Origin: Eledone cirrhosa
Taxonomy: Eukaryota
DNA: 64,000 nucleotides
NCBI GenBank assembly: GCA_964016885.1
Contig: OZ024741.1
Coordinates: forward strand, 79,236,001-79,300,000
Direction of reading: 5' to 3'
This document shows, piece by piece, positions 1-13,631 of this stretch (its first letter is position 1; each line of letters starts with the position of its first letter). Under the pieces are notes generated by a model. It was not told the origin of the DNA. It worked only from the letters and a program-made list of their open reading frames with translations, and made no database searches. The position numbers and the translations under genes are program-made.

Positions 1-970
1 GTCTAACTCTGAAGTTCAGCAACACCAAGTCATGGTAATTCCATATATCTGCACCTAGGAAAGTTCTTGTTCTGCTCCTGCTGATTCCAAACCGAAACAG
101 TTCTTCACCATAATGTAGTCAATTTGGTGGTGTGTTCCAATGAGACAGTGCCAGGTCCAGCGGCGTTATACCTTGTACTCAGCAAGGCTTTTAGCAAGCA
201 CCATATCATAGTAACTAGCGAATTCAAGCAGGCGAGGTCCTCGCTCACTGGTTACAGCATTACTGGAGTGTCCACAAAATTCCCGCCAGTCTTTCATTGC
301 ACCCTTGCCAACCTTGATGATAAGTATATTTTTCTTATTAACCTTGTCGGTGATGTTCTATAGCTTTGTGTAGAATTCCTCGATCTGATCATCCTCATAG
401 CCCGTTGTTGGTGTGTAGGCCTGTACAAGTGTAACGTGGAATGGCGCTGCTCGAAGGCAGATGGTGATGAGCCTGCTGGATACTAGGCGGCACTCGAGTA
501 CAGCGTACTTGATGTTCTAGTTGACAAGAAAACCTACCCATGCGCAGGTTTATCGAGTTCACCACTGTAGTCGAATTCATGTCCTTCACGGTAAGGCGTT
601 GACCAAAATATTCCCATCTAACTTCACAGAGTCCCACGGTGTGTCAGTTGTATCTCTCCAGTTCGTGTGCGAGTTCTTGCAGTTTGCCATGTTGGACAAC
701 TGTTCTCACATTTAATATGGCAAATGTGATGTTCTTCATGCAGATATTTTTCGACGAGATTTCAGTTGCATATTTAATACTTCCGCCCTCATGTACGTCT
801 TCACGCAGGACTAAGATATCATCCTCGTTTTACGATTCCTGACTGATACGTACGCTGGGGTCTTCATAGGTCTGATGGCTATAGAACTCTGAGCAGTATT
901 CTGTCCATCTCTCGGGGATGTCTAATTCTTCCGTGAGGCACTTTCCTTGCTTGTCTTGGATGTTGCTGAT
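1..970 (-). mobile_element. Decayed RTE-clade LINE: APE endonuclease plus linker fragments, rearranged
   Basis: Minus-strand translation gives NVRTVVQHGKLQELAHELERY..VGLCEVRW, ERGPRLLEFA, RRWTWH...HQIDYIMV and IQDKQGKCLTEELDIPERWTEYCSEFY, typical of RTE ORFs. Many stops and frameshifts. Confidence 0.8.
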
Positions 971-1412
971 TCAGATTAGTGTATTTTTTCTCCATCTAAG
1001 ATGATATCCATATGTGACACTTAACTTTCAGATTTCAAAATTTCGTCTGTTACGTACAGAATGAAAAGAAACAGTAGGAAGAGATCCCTTATAGCCATAC
1101 ATAAAGAATTCAAAGTAACGTTATGGGGTTTTATTTAAATAAAACGAAAGATACGGAACGGCCAAAATACATCTGTTACAAGTTTTAAGAAAAACATGAT
1201 ACTGTAATACATATGATTATAATACCTTATTCATTTATTGGTGGTTGTGTATATAGCAATTCTGAATATCTTTACATAGAGATAATGTTGCCATTTTAAT
1301 ACCTCTATATAGAGGTATTGATGTTTAACTGTTTAACATATTTATTTAACTATATATCATTATATAGGGGCATTAACAATCATATAGGATGTCACATGCT
1401 ATACTTTGCATG

Positions 1413-1463
<51 letters not shown>

Positions 1464-1550
1464 GTGCGTGTGTCAGTGGGTGCATGTATGTATGTATGTA
1501 TGTATGTATGTATGTATGTATGTATGTATGTATGTATGTATGTATGTATG

Positions 1551-2186
1551 TTCTTCTGGTTTTATAATTTCACAAAGTTTTACCAATGGAGGGTGAGTCG
1601 GTTTCTAACAAAGACACAAAACTCTCTAATTGGAAATTACACAACATCAACTAGGTATATATGTATGTATGCATGTGTAGATATGGATGTTATTGTATGT
1701 GTGGATGTGTATGTTTTGAGTTGTATGTGTGGATGTGTATATGCCTTGCATCTGTACATGTGTATATGCAGTTATTAGATGCAAAATTTTGGTAATGTTT
1801 TGCATATGTTTACTGTTCCATTAATGGATTGTTCTTGTAATTTCCTAACTAGTTGTGTTCCTGTGATTTGTATTGAGGCAGTTACTAACATACTCCAGTG
1901 CCCCAATAATCACAGGCATAAATCTGAAGGTGTTATCCTCGATGTTAGTTCTGCAGAGTCTGCACTTGTTATCACATCTAGGTGTTTTGCCTGCATCCCT
2001 ATCTCTTTTGTGAACCAAGTTCAGTAGTTCAGTCCTACTTTGGTCCAAGCGGGTTGGTATATAACCCGTAGCTCCAATAATGATGGGTATGAAGCTAAAG
2101 GTGTATCTTGGATACTGGATTTGTAAACTCCTCATCAATGGTCCGTAGATGTCCTCCTTCTCCTGTATTTTTCTGACAACGTTTAC

Positions 2187-2190
<4 letters not shown>
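1551..2190 (-). mobile_element. Truncated and internally deleted 3' ends of R4/Dong-like LINEs
   Basis: 1551-1920 resembles the 3' end at 2750-3150. 1930-2015 resembles 3545-3620 (RCDNKCRLC). 2030-2190 encodes EKEDIYGPLMRSLQIQYPRYTFSFIPIIIGATG. Bounded by (TATG)n on both sides. Confidence 0.8.
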
Positions 2191-2217
<27 letters not shown>

Positions 2218-2242
2218 TGTATGTATGTATGTATGTATGTAT

Positions 2243-2645
2243 GATGACCCCTTAGCCTTTGTCAAGGCAGAATTCTAGGAGAAGGAAAACTCTGATATAA
2301 CACCTGCAACCCTGATGGTATCCAATGATGTTGACTTGTTCTTCTTTTTGGTAAATATCATCTTGGTTAAGAGAGTGGGACTGGCTTTGTGCAGTGCCTT
2401 TGCTCACTATAAAAGCTTCACAGCACAGGCATTGCTTTATATCTGGAGATCTCTCTGCACTTGTCATCACATGGTACCATGGGCCCTGCACTATGTGTCA
2501 ATAATGGTCACAAGTGTAGTCTTTGTACCAGAGTTTTCAAGTTGCTGGCTGGACTAAAAAGTCACATTCGTTCAGCGCATCGGTAGGGGTTCTCCTACAT
2601 GGATATAAAGTAGTGGCCGTACTCGAAAACGAGTTGGCAGCCACC
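2243..2645 (+). mobile_element. Truncated copy of the non-coding repeat at 6968-7567, inside (TATG)n
   Basis: Near-identical to 7169-7567 and flanked by TATG arrays. Strand is inferred from which end is missing. Confidence 0.7.
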
Positions 2646-2749
2646 ATGTATGTATGTATGTATGTATGTATGTATGTATGTATGTATGTATGTATGTATG
2701 TATGTATGATTGTATGTATGTATGTATGTATGTATGTATGTATGTATGT

Positions 2750-5700
2750 TCTTCTGGTTTTATAATTTCACAAATGTTTACCAATAGAGTGAGAGCCGGT
2801 TTCTTACATAGATACAAGACTCTCTCATTGGAATTTACACAACATCAACTAGGTAGATATGTATGTATGCATGCATGTGTAGATATGGATGTTATTGTAT
2901 GTGTGGATGTGTATGTTTTGAGTTGTATGTGTGGATGTGGATGTTTTTAGTTATATGTGTGCATGTATATATGGAGTTATTAGATGCAACATTTTTGGAA
3001 TGTTTTACATATTTTTACTGTTCCGTTAGTGGATTGTACTTGTAATTTCCTAACTAGTTGTGTTCTTTCTGTTTCTGTGAATCCCAGCTTCTCAAGATTT
3101 GTATTGAGGCAGTTACTAACATACCCCAGTGCCCCAATAATCACAGGAATAAATCTGAATGTATAATCAGGGTGGAGTATCTGCAGATTTCTCATCAGTT
3201 CTGCATAAATATTCTCCTTTTCGCTAATCTTTGATAATATATTGGCATCTGCTGGGCAGCTAATTTCCACTACTGTGCATGCCTTCTTTTCCCTGTCCCA
3301 TCTCATTATATCTGGTCTGTTATGCCTGCATTTTATTGGTGTTTTTACTGGAACATTCCTCCAGTACTCTTTCATATTATGTATATGTATGTCTTCCACA
3401 TTGCTGTAGCTTTTAATGTGTTTATTATCGGGGCTATCTTTTCTAGGGATTGCATTGTACAGTGTTTTGGCCACTACATCATGCCTCATAGGTAGTTCCG
3501 TGTTGGCATCTTTGTACAGCTGCTTATGACATGGGTGACATCTTCGATGTTAATTCTGCATAGTCTGCATTTGTTATCACATCTAGGTGTTTTTCCTGCA
3601 TCCTTATCTCTTTTGTGAATCAGGTATTTCGTGTTGATTTTCTGTTATTGGATTGCAAAAGCGTATCCTTCAAATTGGGAGCCAATATGGCGGTTGTTGG
3701 TCCAAGATAGACTACTTTCATTATCTATATTACTCTCACTCTGGAGCTTCCCGGCAACATATCGATGCATGATTTTTTGTGGATAAGCATGCAGTTTTTC
3801 ATCCATGGATTCACTGCGATACTGCTCAGCGACTTCCCTGGGTGTGAGATTTTGATTATCACACAGGGTATATCTTTCGAGGAGCTTCTTCCCAACTCTC
3901 ATGATCTTATCTGTTGATGCAGATAGACTTACTCGAGAGAAGGGCTCCTACACTTCGAGGTTCGTAGATGTTGTCGGAGGGATATGATACGACATTCAAA
4001 TGCTGTATGGAGTGATGTTAGGCCTCTGCCTCCCGGCTTACGTTTCAAGTAAAGGCGGTCTATGTCACTGTTGATGTGGAAGTTTCCGGTGTTGTTTAGT
4101 ATTTTTCGAGTTCTAACATCAATAATTGCTCGGATTTCGTCTATTGTCCAATTGAGTATTCCAAACGTTGGTGTTAGGATAGGCACAGCAAACACATTCT
4201 TTTGTTGTGCACAGAGAGTTCCGATGAACATATTTTTTATTAATCGGGTGTAGTATTCCTTGATTACGCGTTCCTTATTACAGATACAATTATAGGATAT
4301 ATTCTCATCTATCCCCAGGTATCTGTAGCAGTCCTCATCAGATATCGGTGAAACAGATAGGCCATTGATGACAATGTTGCTAGATTGGGTTGTTGTTTTT
4401 CCCCGCTTTACAGTCATATATGAACATTTATCTTGGCCAAATTCCATTCCCTCATCCTTTGAGAATGTTGTAACCAGTTCAAGATTTTTCTTCATCCTAT
4501 CTATGTACTTGGCATAGCATTTCAGATCATCCACAACGAAATTATGGGTTAGGTTCGTATTTCTGTCCTGTGAGCCAATGATGTATCCTTCACATTTCTT
4601 GTTGCAGAAAGGACAAGGGGTTTAATGACAAGATAAATAATATCACAGAGAGACTGTCTCCTTGAAATATACCCCTGTGATATTCTATTTTATCAGTCAA
4701 AATAGAGTACTCCTTCTCTCTCTTTAGGATTGTAGCCCAAGAAGAAGACAGCTTCTCTATGGCTCTGAGTATAATGTCTGGGACTTTAGCAAGTCGGATG
4801 GCCTCTATCATCCAAGAGTGGGGTACAGAATCGAAAGCTTTCCTGTAGTCCAGCCAGACTGTAGCCGTATTCCTCGTAAGCTGTCGCAACTCCGACATCG
4901 CAGTTTTGTTGATTAGGAGTTGTTCAGCACATCCCCAAACCCCTTTCTTTCCAGCTGCTTGTTCATCTGTGATGATGTTATTATTTTCACAGCGATGAGT
5001 TCAAATCCCACCGAGGTTAACTTTGTCTTTCATCCTTACGGAGTCGATAAAATAAAGCACCAGTAATGTACTGGGGTCGATTTAATCGACTTCCCCGCCC
5101 CCAAATTACTGGCCTTGTGCCTATATATGAAATCATTATTTTCACAGCGATATTGGAGGAATAGGTTCAGGCTGGCTGTATACATCTTATACACCAGGTT
5201 CTGGCATGAAATGGGTCGGTAGCTTTTTGCCAAGTGGGTGTCTTTGTTCTTGGGGGCCAGTAATGTTTCTGCTAATGTTAAACATTCCGGTATAAGTGTA
5301 TCTCCCTTAAGAACTTGTTGGTAGAGGTTGGTAAGATACATCCGATAGAATATCAGTTCTTTGAACCACTAGCCGACAATCAAGTCTCTTGCTGGTGTTT
5401 TCTTATCTTGGAGTTTTCCTATCACAGTCTCAAGGGTACCCTCACTTATTTCGTATGTTTTTGTTGTAGTGTAGGAGAAATAGTTCTTTTAGATTTCTTT
5501 TAGTCAAACTGCATCTTGGATGAAATTCTTCTTTTCATCCATATTTTTCTCCTAAAGGAATCTATGTTTTTCTGGGATGGGGCCTCAGTGACACTTATTA
5601 TTTTGCCCTTCATACCTCTATAGACTGATGTTTGGTTTCGTCTGAATCTTTTATTAAGCACTTTTCTTTCATCTACGTTCTTCAGGTATCGGCGTTTTTT

Positions 5701-6890
5701 GCTGACAACTCTCAATTCTTGTTTGAGGGTGATCAGCTTATATTGGAGAGTTCTGGTTCTACTGTTACCAAACATCGTCTCTATTTTATTTTTTTATTTT
5801 CCACTCTTTGTTGGTGAGGAGTGAAGTTTTTTTGTGTTTGTTTGCATGTAAGGAGCATTGTCACATATCCTATGGTTTTTCGTAGGTCAGCACTGTTTTC
5901 TTCTATATATGATGGTATTTTTGGTGGTGTTTTGTTCTTGTTAATATCTCTGCTATCACCAAGATAATGCTTCACTGTCGTTGCTAAGTCATATAAACTG
6001 GCGTTGAATTGCCAACATTTTGGGGTTTTTATCCGTTGTAAATATTCATCCCCTATTTCGTCAATGACACGTAATATTTCATTATTTGTTTTGTTTTTTT
6101 TATTAAATATTGTTGTTTTAATACGTTCATCAAGAGAAATGTTTATACATGAATTAATTTCTCTCTGGAGGATTTCGTTGAGGGAAATTTTCAATTGTTT
6201 CTAGTTTTGATTATTATCATTATCGATAGTATTTTCCACAACAGTCGAGGTAGAATTAGATGGTACACGTGGTGTCAAATTTCTTACAGGCACTGTTCGA
6301 CCTGGCTACTAGGAAGTCTAGTAGCATGGCGGCCTGTAGTACGTGTTGTTGATTCCGTGTTTGTTGTGGGGGACTTACAATTAATAGTATTTATCTTATA
6401 TTTACGTTCAACAAACGCCGCCTGTTGGCGTAATTGTTTCGCTGTGAAGTAATTTAGCTATGGGTGTATTTCGTCCCAGTGTAGCTTCATTCTGTTCATA
6501 TAGCCAATGAAGGGATTGTTTTTTGCCATTTTACAACAATTAAATAAATCATCATTAAGTTCGCAACTCCAAGAGAAATGCGATTTATAATTTTGGTTTC
6601 TTCTGTAGCTACAACTGAATAAATTTTGTTTACCATCTCCGTTGTTTTTCTTCGGTACTTCCTTAATGTTGTTGATGCTGTTGTGTTCAGCCATGCTGTT
6701 TGTAGCAAATCCTTGTAAAATGAATTATGTATTTAGTCTGATATCTCTACGAATTCGAATAAAACGTGTCTTCAGTGGATATAGTTAGAAGAATTATCAG
6801 TTATTCAACATGACTGGTAGTTGTGGCATTACTGTAGCATTACTGTCTCCCACACCAAAATATGCGACTGATCGCGTTGACTGTATGTCG
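2750..6890 (-). mobile_element. Near full-length decayed R4/Dong-clade non-LTR retrotransposon (RT + CCHC + REL endonuclease)
   Basis: ORF pieces include YRPISCQNLVYK, WLDYRKAFDSVPHSW, GIFQGDSLS, VVDDLK, DIDRLYLKRKPGGRGL, CRLC...H...C, RHDVVAK and HNRPDI...VVEISCP; stop at 2980. (TATG)n lies at both ends. Confidence 0.9.
4997..5130 (+). mobile_element. 5'-truncated tRNA/Nin-domain SINE inserted in the R4/Dong element
   Basis: SINE core ccgaggttaactttgtctttcatccttacg..tcgataaaataaag. Direct repeat ttattttcacagcgat on both sides (target-site duplication, TSD). Confidence 0.85.
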
Positions 6891-6967
6891 TATGTATGTA
6901 TGTATGTATGTATGTATGTATGTATGTATGTATGTATGTATGTATGTATGTATGTATGTGTGTATGT

Positions 6968-7567
6968 CAGGTCACCAGTTGGTGCTACTGGTAACATGTA
7001 TCCCAGTACAACCTGTCTCATGGTCGGGTCGTTGGCGACTAAACTGGCAACCCCACCAAGGTTTCTCGGTGAGGAGTTACTTTGGACATCCTGCAGGACT
7101 AAAAACAAAACCTGTCAAAGGGCAAAGGAGCTCTTAAGAGTCAATGGCCATCCAAAATCACCGGGAGAGATGACCCCTTAGCCTTTGTCAAGGCAGAATT
7201 CTAGGAGAAGGAAAACTCTGATATAACACCTGCAACTCTGATGGTATCCAATGATGTTGTCATGTTCTTCTTTTTGGTAAATATCATCTTGGTTAAGAGA
7301 GTGGGACTGGCTTTGTGCAGTGCCTTTGCTTACTATAAAAGCTTCACGGCACAGGCATTGCTTTATATCTGGAGATCTCTCTGCACTTGTCGTCACATGG
7401 TACCATGGGCCCTGCACTATGTGTCAATAATTGTCACAAGTGTAGTGTTTGTACCAGAGTTTTCAACTGGCTGGACTAAAAAGTCACACTCGTTCAGCGC
7501 ATCGGTAGGAGTTCTCCTACATGGATATAAAGTAGTGGCCGTACTCGAAAACGAGTTGGCAGCCACC
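6968..7567 (+). mobile_element. Non-coding ~600 bp SINE-like repeat flanked by (TATG)n; head resembles RTE 5' UTRs
   Basis: Second copy at 2243-2645. Contains ctaggagaaggaaaactctga, a motif I recall from RTE 5' regions. No credible ORF. Confidence 0.55.
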
Positions 7568-7609
7568 ATGTGTGTATGTATGTATGCATGCATGTATGTA
7601 TATGGTGTT

Positions 7610-8990
7610 CTTCTGCAGTGATTGGCACCGGTATTTTCAAGAGAGTTCTTACAAGACTTTTTCAGCATTGAAGACCGGTTATCCCTCGTTAGTTGGAGCA
7701 GTCAAAATTTACCCTCGTATTCTTGGGCATTGTGATGTCAACAGTGGAATTGGTCTCTTACAAGATGGATAAAGGTATTGCTTATCTGTATACTTATTCT
7801 TAATACGTGTTTTCTGCGGTGTTTCATCTTATTAAGTTGTTTGATTCTATCATGTTTAACGGTTTCTTTAAAACCACCGGTTGTCAGTGTTTTGCTGTAT
7901 ATATTCGTTATTCTATTGAATGAGTTTTTGTCACGAAAAGCTGAAATTATTTCGCTCAAGTTGTTGAGTAGATTTCTAAGAATATGTAGTGGTTTGGATT
8001 CTTGTGTATATATGATACTGAATGATTGTGTTGAAATATTTCATTAATAAGTTTGAATATTACATCTAAGAAATTGACAAGTTTGAGGTTACTTACAGTA
8101 ATCGTAAGGTTTAGATCAGGCATGTCAAACATGCGGCCCGCATGTGTCCCGTTACAAGCACACCTAGGTCCGCACAAATGTTTTTACAGCGTGTGCAACT
8201 TTTATCTTCGTAACATGAAATTTAAAAAAAATTAGTTGTAATGTGTGCAATTAGTTGTCGTGTGTGGCCCTCAGACAATACATATGTGACCCATGTAGCC
8301 CTCGGAGGACCCTCAGTTTGACATGCCTGCTTTAGATAATATGATTTACTGATTCTTCCTATTTCATTTTTTATGAGTTTATTCACAAAATTAAGTTTGT
8401 GATCTTTTACAGTTACATATAATTATGTAACGATGTTAAAACCCAAGTTTACAACTTGGGGTTTTTATTTATAGAATTTTGTATTATTGATGATGATTTT
8501 GTAGTTGTTAATGATATTGTTTGTCAGAAAATGATTGTAAGCATTGCAATACATTCCAGGTATATTTCTTGTTTTGTTACCTTAAAAAATATTTTGTTTG
8601 ATTTCTGAATGTTGTTTAAGTGGTTCAGAACATTTTGCTTAAAGTAGTTTATTGTTGATATTTTCACTATTTTGAAAATGTCCTTCTTGGAATGTTCGAA
8701 TAGTTAATTTAATCATTAGGTGAGCATATTTCTATATCATGGAACCAAATTAAGAAGCTTTTGGTGTCGCAGTATCATCTTCTTTGTCGACAAAGAATGC
8801 CTTTCAACACATTTTTTTACGAAGTTCTCTTTGCCATACACTAGATATTTATCAAGATTTTTGTGAGGACATGATCTATACTTTGATTGGAGATGTGTAT
8901 TGCATAAATGTTCATATTAAGTGGTTATATTTCAGGCGCAGAATAGGCTCCTCTCAAAAAGAAGCATGATAATATAAATAACTATGTGCC
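7610..8990 (-). mobile_element. Highly decayed Penelope-like RT fragment
   Basis: ITVSNLKLVNFLDVIFKL and SYIHKNPNH-like thumb motifs. Interrupted by a MITE. Confidence 0.6.
8117..8329. mobile_element. hAT-type MITE
   Basis: Terminal inverted repeats (TIRs) CAGGCATGTCAAAC / GTTTGACATGCCTG; 8-bp TSD gtttagat/ctttagat. Confidence 0.85.
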
Positions 8991-11859
8991 ATATTGCAGA
9001 GTACAATGTATATTTATCTATTAACTGGATATTCTTTGAATGCATTACTACGATTCGTTTTCAAGGAAATTTAATTAATGCTAATGACTTTTTCTCATTA
9101 AATTTTCAATTAATTTAAACTTATTTTAAGTTCAACACCTCAAGCACGACAGATTCCAATTAGCTTTGTGTTATTCATGCAGAAGGCACATTTGATATAT
9201 TTTCAAATCCCACTATTTTAATTTTCCTTGACAATATTTATTATTCACATAAAATACTACTTTTATTAATCGTTTTAAGTTCATGGCAGCCATACGACAC
9301 AATGCTGATCTGAGTAGGTCAACAACACCGAAATATGTCGGGAGTTGACATTATGAATGCTAAAGACAAAACCAATACATTCCGCTCTGCTCATTTCAAA
9401 TAATATTTTTTGGTTGATTGAAATTTCCGGAGGTTATCTCCCTTTTCCCTTCTGAGAATAAAATTTAATTAGCACTAAAACTTATTCTCATTAACGGTTA
9501 TAATTTCAATTATTTAAAAATTATTTGGGGCTGTTTCCTCAAGTGTGGCAACTGCATTTTCTATATAAAAAAAGAAAGAGTTTCACTGGTATTGAACTGT
9601 TGCCCCAATTCATGCTCATTTCGTTCTTTTCAAGAAAAACAGAGTAAAGTGTACATCTTGCTACACACTGTACTGCGAGCATCTACATGATCGGTAGATT
9701 TGCTAGGAATAGCGGTAAATTTCCTTATATCACATTATACAGTCATTAAAAAGACGTTGGATAATGTTTTTCTAAGGTCCGTATCCATAAGAAAAATACA
9801 AGATGGTCACGACTGAAATACCTTTGATCATACAATTACTTCGATCAGAGACGACAGGAAGCTAAGCAGCAACATAGATAGAAATGATAATTAACAGCAA
9901 TTCACAAAGTCCCTTTTTCTACTCTACACGCCAACCAATCATGGAGTTCGCGCAAAATTTATAGGACTTCCATTTCTCTTTTAACTCATGAAGAAAAAGT
10001 CTCAAGCTACAACAGGAAAATAGACATTCTAAAATCAACATCAAAACCATATTCAACCATTGTTTCATTTAAAATCTATTTTTTATCGTTTAATTGTGAA
10101 GGAAGTGAAGTATCCATGGCCATTTACATCACATCCGAGATTGGTGGGAAAAGAGAGAATACGGTATCCCCAAACCGCAGACCTTGTCCGAATGCTTAGA
10201 ACAAAGAGGACACGGCTAAAAATACCCATAGTGCCAGGTGGGATGTTAAGCACGGTGACAGGGTAGGTCTACCAACCAAGTAGGGCACAACGGAATTTGA
10301 ACGCAAAAGCCAGAACAAATACCTTAAGGTAGCTAGTTAGATGTTCTAACGATGCAGCCAGCCCATCGCCGTAGACTGGCATTTATTTATCGAATCCAAA
10401 GTGTTGGAAGGTAATGTTGACTTTGACAAGATTTAAATGAAGAATTTAAAAAGCCGGAGTAAGTCTCACGTTTTCTCACACTTCTGTCCTTGGTTTAGTT
10501 TGTCGACTAAGCTGGCCCAAACGCCAAAAATGACGTCTCAGGTGTTTATTTAATGATAGTCATATCATCTGATCGAAACGTCGAAAATATAACTAAATAA
10601 AATCATGACGACCATAAACGTTGAATAGATTTGAACTAAGTGTATTTATAGATATGTCACATTGTTGTTGGTGTTGTTGTTGTTATTGTTGTTGCTAATG
10701 GTGTTGGTGAAAGCGGTGGTGGCATTTAAAAATAAAAAATTATTTTTGAATGAAATATTTCATAAACACTGATTAATATTGGTTTCAAAATATTTATTTT
10801 TCGTTATCTATGGTACATTCGTTTTTTGGCCTAAGGGACCTTATTATTTTTCCTTTATTGTTTCAACAACAACGCATCTTCCCTATAAGAATGGTGGGGG
10901 AAAAAATAACAAGAAAACACTGAAAAACATATTTTAAAAAAATGACACGAAAGAAGAGGTGAAGGTGTTAGAAGATTGGATCGATAAAAGAGAGATACGC
11001 AAAGATAGGGGGGAGCGGAAGAGAGAAGGAAGGGTTCAATAAAGAGAAAATTAAAATTCATTTTAAACATGATAGCGGGAATGGAGGAGGAAAGACTTCT
11101 TTATGGTTCAAAGATATAAGAAACTACAACAGTTTCGAATCGTATTCTCGCCAATTCTTGTCAATTCTCGACAATTCTCACCAATTATCTTCAAAAAAAA
11201 GAATTAGGTATAAACAATTTTCACTACTTCTTTTCAGAGTGAGCTTTCTAATTAAAAAAAAATGCAATTATATCTACATTAAATTAACCTAAAATTACTA
11301 ATATACGTATTTTCTTAGCGTAAATGTTTATAATTTAATTAATTAAGTTGCCAAACGAATGCTTATAATAGAAATTACTCAGATTCTTTCAGCTATATTT
11401 TTCATACTGCATGATATAGCATTACTATATAAAGAATTTATTGCAGACAGAATCATCTGCTTAGTCATTTTCAAATGCGAAGACAATGATAAATAAAGGC
11501 AATCTCTTATGTTTCTATCTGTACAGAGGAAATAATGGAACGCATTTATATTTCATTCTTTTCACACTAATTCTAATTAAAAAAAACAAAAAACACTTTA
11601 GTTGCACCTGCATTAAACTCTCCATAAATTTTCTAATATATGCTGTGTTTTTTCCTGGATATTTGCTGTTGTCTTTTGTGTGAGGTTCACACATTCTCTA
11701 TACCTTTTGTTCACAGCTCTTTTAAAATCGAGTAATGAATAAATTGCCTCTCTGAAATAATGAATTCATTTCGTGTATAATTCAGTGTTGATCGGGCTAT
11801 TTCAGATAAATCGACTCACATTGCTTTCTTGCAAATACGACGTCAATAAATTCCTAATA

Positions 11860-12050
11860 TATAATTGTTTCTACTTTTGGCACAAGGCCAACAATTACCC
11901 AGTGCATTACTGGTACTTTATTTTATCGACCTCGTAAGGATGAAAGGCAAAGTTAACCTCGGCGGTATTTGAACTCAGAATGGCAAGGGCCGTAACTCTA
12001 TGCGTCAAAGCATGGCGTCCGACCTTCTACCGATACTGCCAATCCACAAT
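11860..12050 (-). mobile_element. tRNA-derived Nin-domain SINE (short subfamily)
   Basis: Reverse complement of tggattggcagtatcggtaga...gagttcaaat...gccttgtgccaaaagtagaaacaatt. Confidence 0.9.
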
Positions 12051-12229
12051 TCCTAATATATAATATATGTATGCATGCATATATATGAAGGGTAAAGAAC
12101 TACCAAGAGATTTGCACCTGGAAAGTTCCCCTCCGAGACTAAGTCCGAGCAAAAGTTTTTGTGAAAGACTAGCACTCGCCCAAGCATGCCAGTCTCCCCT
12201 CTCCGTGCTCTCATGCATACTTCTACATT

Positions 12230-12590
12230 GTTGGTGGGAAAATTAAGAAGTGTGTATATATATAGTTGTATGTAAGTTGGTGTCTGTGGAATAGTCTCCT
12301 CAATGAGAGTCTCGAGTGCGCCAGATGTATACTCAGCCTCTCCCTACAGTTGGATTGTCGGATGGGAGATGTCGTCGACTCATCAAAATGTGGCAGCTTT
12401 AGGTAGCATATGTTACTTCTAGGGGCACGTGTCCTCCTTATTCGTTTAAGTGTTGCTGCCGTGGAATTCCTTTCAATCGCCTCTATGGTGATCTCCCTGT
12501 CTTGGATGCGGCATGTCAATTTGTTTTTGTAACAGAGGAAGCTTTCGTCATCATATGCTCCTTGGTCCATATGTGCAGTTTCATGAGGAG
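12230..12590 (-). mobile_element. Penelope-like fragment (post-RT region)
   Basis: CYLKLPHFDES...LAHSRLSLRRLF resembles the PLE LPY motif region. Confidence 0.5.
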
Positions 12591-13045
12591 CAATAAATAT
12601 ACATATATATATATATATTTGTGTGGGGGGGGGGGTTCAATCGGGGGTAACCACAGTAAGTAAGGTACTCAGTACATTAGTTAGAGTATATATAAGATCT
12701 AATATACAAATGGCTTCTACAGGACTAGAGCTGTTGTTTCATTCGAAGGAAAGCCATTTATATATATATACATATTATATATATATATATATAAACGCAA
12801 TAAATGAAACGAAATTTCATTTCTCACTCTTAGTACGGCTGTTACTTAAATATAAGTATATATACGTACATACATATATGTATACAGACGTACAGTAGTA
12901 TGTATATGCACACATATATATATGTACGTATGGATTCACCGAACATTTATTATAATGCTCGGTGTGTTTGTAAACAAACATCCCGAATTAAGCCGTACAG
13001 TGTCTAGCAACCGTCGTTGCTCATTTATTCAACACTGACAAAGGA

Positions 13046-13088
13046 ACGCTGTACTAGTTTCAAGCTTATTAGCTATCGTCAGCAACGT
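13046..13088 (-). ncRNA. Type I hammerhead ribozyme motif
   Basis: Reverse complement of the motif at 13589-13631. Confidence 0.85.
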
Positions 13089-13588
13089 ATACCTTCCTGC
13101 CAGATGATTGAACGTCTGAAAGTATATACTTTCCTTATGCATATTAACGGCAGCAACCTAATTTGCATATCGAGTGAGTTAATCGGCCGGGCGCACCGAA
13201 AACGATAAACGGAATAAATGAAACGAAATTTCATTTATCACTCTTAGTACGGCTGTTACTTAAATATAAGTTTGTATACGTACATACATATATGTATACA
13301 GACGTACAGTAGTATGTATATATATATACATACATGCACACATATATATATGTACGTACGGATTCACCGAACATTTATTATAATCCTCGGTGTGTTTGTA
13401 CATACTTATATTTAAGTAACAGCCGTACTAAGAGTGAGAAATGAAATTTGGTTTCATTTTTTCCATTTATCGTTTTCGGTGCGCCCGGCCGATAAACTCA
13501 CTCGATATGCAAATCAGGCTGCTCAGCCGTTAATATGCATAAGGAAAGTATATACTTTCAGACGTTCAATCATCTGGCAGGAAGGTAT

Positions 13589-13631
13589 ACGTTGCTGACG
13601 ATAGCTAATAAGCTTGAAACTAGTACAGCGT
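13589..13631 (+). ncRNA. Type I hammerhead ribozyme motif (minimal, palindromic stem III)
   Basis: acgttg CTGACGA t-agct-aata-agct-t GAAA ctag TA cagcgt. Predicted cleavage after GUA at 13625. Confidence 0.88.

Noticed and set aside
6968-7060. Possible HDV-like ribozyme in the RTE-like head
   Set aside because: P2-, P3- and P4-like segments exist, but I could not place a P1 helix.
10545-10595. Hammerhead-like remnant (..tgatcGAAAcgTCgaaa)
   Set aside because: No intact CUGANGA box and weak stems.
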